Below are positions 12,203 to 23,482 of a stretch of 64,000 bases of DNA, piece by piece. The stretch lies in assembly GCA_964247055.1 (NCBI GenBank), contig OZ176050.1, positions 6,262,001 to 6,326,000 of the forward strand, in the 5' to 3' direction. The DNA is from Paragordius varius (taxonomy: Eukaryota > Animalia > Nematomorpha). The number at the start of each line of letters is the position of its first letter. Within the stretch, counting starts at the first letter, position 1. The notes under the pieces are model-generated. The model ran no database searches. It was not told where the DNA came from and was given only the letters and a program-made list of their open reading frames with translations. The translations under genes and the position numbers were made by a program.

Positions 12203-14407
12203 ATTGGATTCGGCAAAATAAGTGTTCGCGGAACTTTGTCTTTCTCTGTTAATCCTAAATATTTTTTAAAATAATAGTTGAAAGAAAAATTATGATTGCC
12301 AATTATTTCTTATTGTACAAAAAGTTAAGGACTTCGTTTTTATCATAAATATAAATAAGGGAAAAATTAATAATTTACATTAAATTATACAGTATAAATT
12401 GAAATACAAACAAAAGCAAAAACTAAAAAGACTTACATTTTTTTAACAAATACAACCATATATTTTAGTTCTTCATACATATCTTTTGGGTCGCAAAATA
12501 AAAAAGATAAATCGGTAAAACACTCCTACATATTAATTGTATGTATGAATAATCAAGGTTTAAAAACTGTGGTTGACTATTTTAAAATATTTAAATTTAT
12601 TGTCTTTTAATTTTAAGTTTTTTCTGCATAAATTTTCACTGTAACATGGTTGGTAAAATGAATATGTATAGCTTAAAAATATTGATTACCCAAAAATCTC
12701 CTATATTTTACTTGAAAGATAATGAATATGTAAATAACTTTCAAAATATCTTTTGTAATAATGTTTAACCCAAAATCATTTTAAACTATCCTAAAAATAT
12801 ACATGATAATGGGCCATTTAAAAAAATGAATTTTTTGTTTTATTTAAGATACAAAATTGTTATTGTGTTGCATAAAAGAATGTTTAGGCAGAAAACGTTA
12901 TAGGATTTTGAATAACGCATCATAACTTTTTGCTAGTTTTGTACCCCAGAGCAATTTTAAATTCGAATATTTTAAATGTTGGACCAAATTTAAAAATATG
13001 CATTCCTTAGCTTTTTAGGCACATTATTTAAAAAATATCCAAATTATAAACCCTCATCTAAAATTTTTCGCCCCCAAAATGTAATTACTTTAGAAAGCTT
13101 TCAAAAATATTTTTGCAGCAAATTCAGATATTTAATGTTTTCAGTTGTTTGTTTCACTCGATTTTTTAGTTATCAAACGTAAGTTTTATTATTAAATACA
13201 GGAGAACAATGTTTGATAATTAATTTTAATCAAAATAACCATTCACAAGAGATGATATACAAGTTTATCCAAGGTAAACTACCCCAGTAATCGTTTACAA
13301 AAAATTGATAAGATCATGAAATTATAAATTTAAGCCTCTAGGCAAATCACACCCAATTTGTATTCTTTTAGAAATATATGCGACGAATTAAAAAATTTTA
13401 AATTTATAAAAAAATGTAAACTGTTGGAAAAAATATTATTTTAAATCTGTTATAAAATGTAATAATTAACAATATATAATTACCTGGCAAGAATAAAAAA
13501 CAGATAGTATTAAACAATTTGCAAATAAATTTAAAAAAACGATCATTTAGTATTTATTACCTTGTATCTCCCTCGTATTTTTCTTTCTTCCTCATTAAAA
13601 CATTAATAAACTTCTGATGATATTAGTAGTTGGAAAACAATGATATTCTTTATGAAAAAAAGGTCATCTTTATTGTTTAAAAATTTAGCCATTTCAGGGA
13701 AAGAGCATAGTGAGAATTTCTATATGAATTCATTGTATATGTTATAAAAATTGTATAAAATCCAATTGTTAAAAATGAAATATTGATCTTTGCAACATAA
13801 TAAAGTAGGAAATAACTGAAATATATGTAGTATTTATATGGCTTATGCAAAAAAGGCATACATAAATACTATGCAATCACATATGTTTGGCAGTACAAAG
13901 CTATTTTAACTTGTAAATAAATAAGAGTTTTTAAAATATTTTGGGATATATTTAGGGTGAAATGTCATTTACCTCAAACAACAACAACAACAACACATTC
14001 ATTGTATTTCGCATAAAATAATTTAATTTTAAATATAAATTTCATGTTCTCGCAATAAAAAATAGGGGTCCAACATGGCGCCCGCGAAATATTTCTCACA
14101 ATATTTAAATGAATTTTTTATTTCCTAAACAATTATTCTAATTCCATCGAACCAATTTTTTACAAACTAGAAAAAATTGTCATGTTGTTTGCATTTTAAA
14201 GTCATATATTTGAAATCTAATAAAATATTTATAAGGGATCATATATATTTCGATTGCGGCCCGACGGATTTTTTGAGTCAAAATAAGGTCCGCGAAATTA
14301 TTTGGGAAAATTTTCGAATGTATAGGCTCTAATAGTTTTACAGAGAGAAACCGGCAGCGCTTTAATAAAAATTATATATTTCTCTCAATATGGTTAATCA
14401 TTCGAAA

Positions 14408-16787
14408 TCTTATTAAAAATGGAAAATGCTGGCTTTGTGATCTGTTTCCGAAAAACCGGTAAACTCATTCAAATCCAAATGTCGAAAAAATATAATCATT
14501 AATGGATGCCCCGACAATAGTTTCGCCCTTTTTTTAAATTAGGCCCCCAGTTTGGGCCCACCCCGTGTAAAAAACGGGTTTTTGAAAGCGCAAGTCCACA
14601 AAAAATCGTGTCTTTGAAACAATTATCCAGAAAACGTGTTGGACCATTTTTCAAATATGATTTTTACTTATTTTCGATTGCGCCGAACATAGTCGGCTCG
14701 CTTTTTTAATTTAGGCCCTCTTATTACCCGCTCACTCCGTAAAATGCCATTTTTTTCAAATTAATTAAGTACACAAAAATAATTTGAATCTATTTTTTAC
14801 AACGCATGAGACCGTAAAAATATAATAAGGATTCCAGGTATTCCCTGTTAAAAAGCAAAAATTTTAGTAAAGCGTTTCTTTGATAATAGCTGCTGGGTAA
14901 GGAGATACCCGCTAAAAACTGATCCGTCATATCTAATAGCGTGACTTTGGGGCTGAATTTCAGAAAACCTATCAGGCCATATGAGTTCAATCCGTGCTTG
15001 AAATAGTACCCGTAAAAAGGCAAAAATTTAAGTCGAACGGTTTTTTAAATTAACCCTTAATTAGGCCCTTACCCTGAAAAATGCGCCACTGCAGAATAAC
15101 TTTTTGGTTTTGAGGCAATTTTTCGAAAATCCCACGAGATCATATAGATCCAATCATGATTCCAAATATTACTTGAATAAAGGCAAAAATTTGAATCGAG
15201 CGTTTTTTTTGTTTCGCTTCTGGTTAGGGGGCTACCCGCGTAAAACTGCGTTACCATATCAATGCAGCATGCCTTTGGAGCTAAATTCTAAAAAACCTAT
15301 GTTTCTAATAAAAACATATGGAATCCATGATAATTCTAGATATTCCCCATATAAAGGCAAAAAAATTGCCGAACGCTTTTTTTTTATACACTGGGTAAGG
15401 AGCTACCCGCCAAAAACTGCGCCACTATATAGAAATTGCGTGGTTTTGGACCTAATTTCAGAAAATCTATGAAGCCATGAGAGCTCATTAAAAGCTTAAA
15501 ATATCACCCGTAACTATGTAAAAATTAAGGTCAGGCGTTTTTTATAGCCGTTAATTTGGGGCCTTTTTACGTTTAAAATACGCCATCATATAACGATTAG
15601 TTGATGTTGAGGTATTTTTTTCGAATAACCCATGAGACGATGGTATCAAAGATGATTCCAAATATTTGACCTATAAAAGCAAAGAGTTTAATTCAGCGCT
15701 TTTTACATATAGGTCTATGGGTAGGAATCTACCGGTTCAAAACTGAGACGCCATTTAAGTCGAGCGGTTTTTTTAAAATTAGCCGTTATATAGACCCTTT
15801 ACGCCCTAAAAAATGCACTATAATATAACTATTATTTAGTTTTGAAGCCATTCTTCCAAAAACTATTAAGAACATATGGAATGAATGATGATTTCCCCTA
15901 TAAGGCAAAAAATTTTATCGAAAGTCTTTCTTAGATTGGCCCCTGGGTAGGGGGCTACTCGCCAACAACTGCTTCACCATATTGCAGCATGCCTTTGGAG
16001 CTAAATTTTAGAAAACCTATGATTCTAATAGGAACATATGGAATCCATGATAATTCCAGATATTCCCCATATAAAGGCAAAAATTTTGCCCATCGCTTTT
16101 TTATATCTGCCCCTGGGTAAGGAGCTACCCGCCAAAAACTGCGCACTATATAGCTATTGAGTGTTTTGGAGCTAATTTACTGAAATTTTATGAAGCCATA
16201 TGAGCTCATTAAAAGCTTGAAAGATCACCCGCTAGGCAAAGAAGGTAAGGGTTTTTTTATTAGCTGATTTGGGGCCCTTATGCCCTAAAGATACGCCATC
16301 AATAACAATTACTTAGTGTTGAGGTATTTTTTCGTAACCTATCAGACGATGGTATCAAAGAAATTCCAAATATTTCCTTATAAAGGTAAAGAATTTAACT
16401 CAGTGCTTTTTTCATATAGGTCAATGGGTAGGGGTCTACCGGTTTAAAACTGAGACGCTATACAAAAATGGCTTGGCTTTGGGCTTAAATTTCAAAAAAC
16501 CTAAGAAGCCATACCCGATGACAAAAATAAAGCTTTTTTTGCACGTTTCACCCAATAATTGCTTATGTTTTTATATATAAATCATTGCTGAATAAATATT
16601 TTTTGTTAACATTGTTAAAATTTTGTGTGCTTAAGGCCTTTATACTATTAATATCGCTCAACAATATGTTTTTGAGGTTATTTTTCGCCAAAATTATGAG
16701 ATCATAATATATTGATTAGAAGTGCAGATCGCGTATAAAGGCAAAAATGTTTGCTCCTCTCCCCAAGAAGTCCGAAGGACTTCCTCG
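14408..16787 (+). mobile_element. Non-autonomous Helitron, copy 1, with internal tandem repeats
   Basis: 5' end A|TCTTATTAAAAATGGAAAATG. 3' hairpin GAAGTCC-GAA-GGACTTC (16767-16783) followed by CTCG|T. Homologous to copies at 55.8-57.8 kb, 60.5-61.5 kb and 63.9 kb. Confidence 0.75.
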
Positions 16788-16865
16788 TAAAGTATAAAAA
16801 AATTTTGTATAATCGCGACTATACTCTACCACATGAATCAATATTATTTGATCAGGTATTTTGTA

Positions 16866-17082
16866 CATGTATCCTTTATTTTTAAAAAATTTATTTTTGT
16901 TCCTTAAATGGGTATAAATATTTGGTAAAGAATGGAAAAAGAGCTCTATGGTAATTCTTATTCTTTTTTGGTAAATATGATATTACTGATACCATAGAGC
17001 TCTTGTTTTTTCCATTCTTTACCAAATATTTATACCCATTAAACGAAGAAAAATAAATTTTTGATAAAATAAAGGATACATG
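16866..17082. repeat. 217-bp near-palindromic MITE-like element
   Basis: CATGTATCCTTTATTT...AAATAAAGGATACATG. The arms pair over about 90 bp (for example aatgggtataaatatttggtaaagaatggaaaaa with tttttccattctttaccaaatatttatacccatt) around a short loop. No clear TSD. Confidence 0.7.
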
Positions 17083-17943
17083 ACCGTAAAATTTTCTTAA
17101 TTCATTTTTATCCGTTTTGGCTATTTATTATACAAAATCTCAGGAATGTCTTTTACAGCTCTTATGAAAGCTTTTACAAATACATGTTTTTAAAGTTATG
17201 ACTGAAAACCAATATATATTAGTTATACAATTATTATTGTCATAATATGTGAAAACAATTAAATTTTTTGTTTTAATGTTTTTCATATTAATATAGATGA
17301 GGTAAATTGTTGTTTTAAAAAATATACCACTCAAAAATTTAAAAATCTAAATATTTTCAGAAAACAATGAATAACCATATGAACAATCCTAAGCGATAAA
17401 TTGATACGATCCCTGAACTCTTTGGGTTTGACATAAGGTGACCAGACGTTTCGCTTTTGGCGGGACAGTACCGCTTTTTCACACTTTGTCCCGCGTCCCG
17501 CTACGTTTTTAAATGTCCCGCTTTTTCACGATTATATAAAAAAATTTTTTATCCGTTTAAATTTTTTATCATTAAATATTTTTAAAATCTATATAAATTT
17601 TAATTTTAAGTTTTCATTTTTAAATTAAAAATATTTATTTTTTTCGAAACTTACATCATATGATTATACACTTTCCTTCCTACTACTACTGTCATTTTTA
17701 TCAAAAAGCCAAGTTTATACCACAAATCTCTAGATTAAAAGACAAAACGATACCACAAATCGGTACCTAACACGTTTATTCCAGAAAATTAAGGTAATAT
17801 AATATTTATTATACTAATATCTTAGTTTTATTACTTGCCAACATTATTAAAAAGCCAAATTAATACCACAAATCGGTAGCTTAAAAGATGATACCACAAA
17901 TCGGTACCAATAATATTTATTATACTAATAGTAGTTTATAAAT

Positions 17944-19761
17944 ATGAGCACAAAAAGAGGTTGTAAATTCAACGATGAATCAATGAGAGATTTTCCTTTT
18001 ATTAAAAAAACGAAGAATGAATCTTCTGTTAAATGTCTTATATGCGAGGGGGAATTCACCCTAGCACATGGCGGCAAGCATGATATTACAAAGCATATGG
18101 AAACACAGAAACATAAAAAATGTTTAGATATGGCGGCATCATCTTACAAAATGAGCGATTTTTTCGAAAAACCGCTTTTGGAGAGGAAGAAAAGAATTCG
18201 GCACTAGCTGAGGGCGTGTTATCTTTTCACGCCGTTAATCACAATCATTCCTTTAGATCTATGGACTGTACCTCACAGGTTATTCGCACGTTATTCCATA
18301 AAAAATTTACATGTGCACGCACAAAGGCTGAAGCCATTGTGTGCAATGTCCTTTCGCCACATGCATTTTCTGAATTACAAAAAGATTTGCTAAAAATTAA
18401 TTTATTATCCCTATACTCTGATGCATCAAATCACCATGAAACAAAATTATTTCCCACTTTGATAAGATATTTTGATTCAGAAACCGGAGTAAAAATTAAA
18501 ATTTAGATTTAATTTCCCTACCCGGTGAAAATTCCGAAATAATATTTACTTCAATAATGCATATTCTAGAAAAAAATAATTTAACAGACAAAATTATCGC
18601 ATATTGCGCTGACAACACCAATAAGAACTTTGGTGGAAAAGCAAGGAGGGGAACAAAAATTTTTTTTCATAAATTAACAAATAATCTTAATCAAAACATT
18701 ATTGGCGTCGGGTGTGCAGCGCATATAATACACAACGCTATTCAAACAGCTGCTGATTTGTTACCCCTAGATGTGGAAAATGTGGTTGTTAAAATATATT
18801 CCTATTTTTATATATACACGGTACGTGTTGAAACGCTTAAAGAATTCTGTGAAAATGCAGAAGTTCAATATTACAAAATGCTTGGATATTGTAAAACTCG
18901 TTGGTTAGCTTTTATGCCAGCTATCGAAAGAACTTTAAAAATGTATGATCCTTTAAAATCTTTTTTTATCACAGGACAAATGTCCTACAACTTTAAAAAA
19001 GTTTTGAAAGTGATTCCTAAAAAATATGGTTAGAATTCTTACATAATCAAGTTTCTCTCTTTCAAAATGTTATTAAATTTATAGAAGGTGACGAAATTTC
19101 GGCAATCGAAGTAGCCAATGAAGCTAGTAACCTAAAATTCTAATGTCAAGAACGGTTAGAAAATAATTTTATACCATTAACCATCCGCAATATAATAAAT
19201 AATTTAGAAAAACAAGGCTTAAAAAATCGCTAAGATATCCTGTACCATATAAAAATGTTTTGTACAAACTAAAAGATTATTTGGAAGACTGGACGACGCA
19301 ATTCAATGAAATTGATCATTTTCATTGGATAACATTAAAATCAGAATTTAATTAGTGCGATGTTCAAAAATCATTTGATTATATCTGCTCCCAAAAATAC
19401 TCATAAAGTAATCTTTTAGAAAATGATCTTTTTTCTGAAGTATCATTAGTTAAAAAATATGTTAATAATGAAAAACTTAAATTATGGACAAAAGAAAAAT
19501 ATACATATTACATACAATAATTTTTTAAAAATTGTGGAATTCGCACTATATTTACCTGGAACCAACGCTGCTACTTAGCGCGTTTCTACAGTAAATCAGG
19601 TGTGGACATCAGAAAAATCAAATTTAAATGTTGAAACTTTAAACGTTTTATCTGTCAAATATAATTTGACAAATTCTTGTGAAGACTTCTACAATATTTT
19701 AAAAAATGATGACAATCTGCTAAAACGCATTCACTCAAACAAAAAATATACCAAAGAATAA
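17944..19761 (+). pseudogene. hAT transposase pseudogene
   Basis: N-terminal zinc finger (VKCLICEGEF..HGGKHDITKHMETQKH), then SLYSDASNH, YCADNTN, GVGCAAHIIHN, KTRWLAFMPAIER and a C-terminal dimerisation-like region. Split across frames by frameshifts and stops. Confidence 0.9.
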
Positions 19762-19804
19762 AAAATTTTCTTATATTTATAAAGTTTTATGTTAAAAAAT
19801 AAAC

Positions 19805-21245
19805 AAATTACTTAAAAATTGTATAAGTCTTCTTAATTTGACAAATTATATTTGAACACATAAAATCTTTTATTCAACATTTAAATTTGATTCCGTGTCC
19901 TCACTTAATTTACTGTGGAATAACGCGTTCAATAGCAGTGATAGGTAAAGATAATGCAAATTCTACAATTAAAATATTATATGGAACATAATTTGTTTAA
20001 AAATGATTATTTTAACCATTTCTATTTTACGTATTTTTTCTGTTGTCCATAATAAAGTTTTCATTCAATATATTTATTTAATAATGAGACTTTATAAAAA
20101 AGTGTCATTACACCGTCTTGTCTTCCAAATAATCGTTTCTGTTTGTATAAAACATTTTTATACTCTGGCTATTCATTGAGCCTTGTTTTTCTGGATGCTT
20201 TATAATATTGCGATTAGGTAATGGTATAAAATTATTTTCTAACCTTTTTTGACCTTTGTCCTGTGATAAAAAATAGGATTCTAGGAGATCGCACTTTTAT
20301 AAATATTTCAATCGCTGTCAAAAGAGCTAACCAACAGTTCTACAATATCCAAGCATTTTAACATCTATATTTTCCACATCCAGGGGTAATAAATCAGTAG
20401 CTGTTTGAATAGCGTTGTATATGTGCTAATAATGTTTTGATTAAGATTATTCGCTAAATTGTTAAAAATATTTTTTGTGCCGCTTCTTGCATCACCCAGC
20501 GCACTGTGTGATGATTTCGTCTTTATTATTTTTTTCTAGAATATACCATTTGCACTTCAAGAGTGTCCTTGAACACTTCAAGTTGGTCCTTGAATATTTC
20601 AAGTTGGTCCTTGAACACTTCAAGTTGGTCCTTAAAACTTATAAATTTTGATTTAACCATAATTTTTGCATTTATTTTTTTATTTTATTATTTATTAACC
20701 TAATTTTTTATATTTATTATATAATTATTCATTTAAAAATAAATTTTATTAAAAAACCACTTTTTGTTTCAAACTATTTTTTTTATTGAACAAAATTATT
20801 GACTTTTAAATGTTTTTAATGAAAAATTTTAATTAATAACCCAGAAACTTATATATTTTTTTCATTTCGTATTAAATTATAAATATCTAAGATTATTTTA
20901 AGAAATTGATAAAGTTATACGGTTTTTCAAAGATTAAAAGTTGATATCGATTTAAAATTTATGTTAAATAATAGAAAATAGGTTAAAAACAATAAAATAG
21001 ATAAATTATTTACGATTTGATTGATAAAAGTTAAAAACAAAACAAAAAAATCAAAGGACAATTGAAGTGTTCAAGGACCAACTTGAACTGTTCAAGGACC
21101 AACTTGAGAAGTTCAAGGACCAACTTGAAGTGTTCAAGGACACTCTTGAAGTGCAAATCGTATATTACAATCACTTCACCCTTTGTTCGTGCACATGTAA
21201 ATTTATTGAATAAGGTACAAACAACCTGTGAAGCACAAATTTTTT
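19805..21245 (-). pseudogene. Inverted, multiply deleted second copy of the same transposase inside the hAT (approximate bounds)
   Basis: Minus-strand blocks match the forward gene in colinear order. For example 21170-21240 matches 18273-18345, 20300-20540 matches 18560-18940 with deletions, and 19805-20290 matches 18960-19710 with deletions. Confidence 0.85.
20541..21165. mobile_element. Foldback MITE with 21-bp subterminal tandem repeats, nested in the hAT
   Basis: Termini ATATACCATTTGCACTTCAAGAGTG / CACTCTTGAAGTGCAAATCGTATAT. Each arm holds about 4-5 units of TTCAAGTTGGTCCTTGAACAC around an AT-rich core, at a TA-rich target. Confidence 0.8.
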
Positions 21246-21460
21246 ATATTTATAATGTATTTGTGTTAAAAATTAATAAATATTACAATAAATTTTTTGT
21301 ATAAAAATTTTTGGTTGTACCCCCCAATGACCCCCCCCTTCTCTGATTTGTCCCGCTTTTTCCTTCAAAAAATCTGGTCACCTTAGGCTTACATCCATGT
21401 TAAAGAACTTTGAATACTTCATTTTAAAAACAGATGCGGAATTTTCTCTGTTGAACTGTG

Positions 21461-21997
21461 ATGGGTGTTGCGGTTGGTCCAAAGAATAATTTCGTTCCGG
21501 GTCAGATGGGAATTGGTTAGTTATTTAATAGTGATTTTTTAAGTTACAAATTACTCTCTTTACCAACCTATTTGTTCGGGGGTGGTAGGGAAAAGTGGTT
21601 ACATGTTTAATATTAGATGACGATAAAGTTCTCTCAAATTTTCTCGATTCAAAATGTGATGCATTATCGGTAACCACCCTTTTCGGGTCAAAAGCATGTT
21701 TCTAAAAACTAAGGATATATAACATAGAGTATAAAACCTGAGATGCAACAACCTCTTATTTACCAACGAGCCAATAAAAAATATGTTTTAATATACGATT
21801 TTCGGTTTCGTAAAATACCGGTGAATGTTTTGGGTCTATTTACATATCTTTTGCAAACTCATACAAATAAAGAATTTAAACCAGCCCTATTACGAAAGTT
21901 AATGACAGTTGATGCCAGAAATTTTATAATGCAGGTTAGACGTGAAGCAAGGGCAGATGTTTTACCATCTGTATATTTAGCTCAAGCACGTTGTTAA
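21461..21997 (+). CDS. Putative unassigned spliced gene, about 143 aa
   Basis: Exons 21461-21515, 21544-21597, 21617-21669 and 21728-21997 join in frame through GT-AG introns of 28, 19 and 58 nt. No homologue recognised, so the model is tentative. Confidence 0.35.
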
Positions 21998-23054
21998 AAG
22001 GGCTCTTCCTTAAAAATTCACCAAACAAATTTCAGAAATTCAGTAAATATTTTTGTTATAACCCAGGTTTGCGATCGTTAAAACAAATACCTTTACCATA
22101 TTCATCCGTATATAGATTATTATTAAAAGTCTTACAAAAATGAGCCATTTAATTGAAATGTATATGGCAAGCATATAGTATATGTCGCTTTTGTTTAACT
22201 TATCGACATATTTTTTATACAATTGCGATATGAAAGTATGTGTTATCTTTTTTGATATTATAAATTAGCATATAATAAAAATTACTATCGCGCAATCTTA
22301 GCTCATTAAAAAAAGTCCCTATTCTTAAGGGGGCCAAAATTTTGAGACTTTCGTAGCTAAAATTTAAATATTGCAATTATATAAATAAAATTGCTTTATA
22401 ATGTCTTTAAAATATTTTTTTGAAATATTTAGCTATCGATAAATTTATTTAGTTTATTGTGGCTTCGCTATGATTACCGAAAAAGTTGAATTAATTTTCT
22501 TCGAACCCTTGTAAGGCCTACAGCCAAAAGCACCATAAAAACACTGATACTTAATTTATCAGAATTTTTCTTTCAGGTTTTTCCCCTGCAATTTTGTACA
22601 AATAACAATTATTTAAATTAATTTAGGATATTTTTAAAAATTTAACTTTATTATAGATTAATTTAGACTGCAAATTTTTGTTGATACCAGGTGCTTGTTT
22701 AAATTGAATTAGATTTTGGAACTTAAAATTATCTAACAAAAGTATTTTTTGCAAACAATATACGAATACTATTAAACTTTTTTTATAAAATTGATACAAC
22801 TTGATAATCAAAATTTAGCGAAAACAGTTCTAATAATAGTTGTATAAGTTTAAAGTATTGGGATATAAACCATCTCTAAAGAAGTTAAAAGGTAATTAAA
22901 TAATAAAACCATTTTTTCCAATTTCATAAAAATTACTCAAATATTTATTTATTTGTAGCCTATAATATTTTAATGATAGTTTTAATCATCAATTTGAAAA
23001 AATATTAAAGGTTATTAAAGATAATATATTTATTAACTTAAATTAGTAAATATA

Positions 23055-23482
23055 TTAAATATTTGTCATCATAAATGATTTTTTATAATTATCTCCAATG
23101 TGCTGGTCTTTAAACTTAACTTTGGAAAGATCATCAAATTTAGATTCTTCAATACCAATAACGTTTGGTATTAAATACTGAATATCATAGCTATATTTAT
23201 AATAATTTGATACTTATTTTTTGATTTCTTAATATAATCACTATATTTAGGTATTAAATTTTCAATTTCATTTATCAGTGTATGGTTTTCTTTAAGTAAG
23301 GTTAAATCATTTTCTCTTTCTTTAATTTTTATATCCATCTCTTTTTCTTGTTCTTTGAGATTTGTTAATGCTTGTTGTAATTTTATATGCTAGAATTACA
23401 GATAACATACTTTATTTCGCAATTTGTCACATAATTCTTGATACTTAGTTTCATAAGTTAATAATTTTTCGTCGTTTTCCAT
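23055..23482 (-). CDS. Putative small coiled-coil protein, 127 aa, unassigned
   Basis: Exons 23411-23482, 23214-23389 and 23055-23190 total 384 nt, ATG to TAA, in frame after removing GT-AG introns of 21 and 23 nt. The protein is heptad-like and K/E/L-rich. Further upstream exons cannot be excluded. Confidence 0.6.

Larger units (their letters stand above)
17434..21385 (+). mobile_element. hAT DNA transposon (Blackjack-like), non-functional
   Basis: 13-bp TIR TAAGGTGACCAGA / TCTGGTCACCTTA, subterminal GTCCCG/CGGGAC motifs, and a degenerate 8-bp TSD (gtttgaca / ggcttaca, 5 of 8 matching). Confidence 0.9.

Noticed and set aside
13250-13860. Possible minus-strand exons upstream of GALC
   Set aside because: Only short frames with ambiguous splice sites and no recognisable homology.
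15069-16146. Short ORFs within the Helitron repeats (also 56130-56414)
   Set aside because: They are chance frames in tandem repeats, are not conserved between copies, and contain no Rep or helicase motifs.
17350-17433. Upstream exon of a gene split by the hAT insertion
   Set aside because: Rejoining the flanks gives only a short open frame with upstream stops, which is not enough support.
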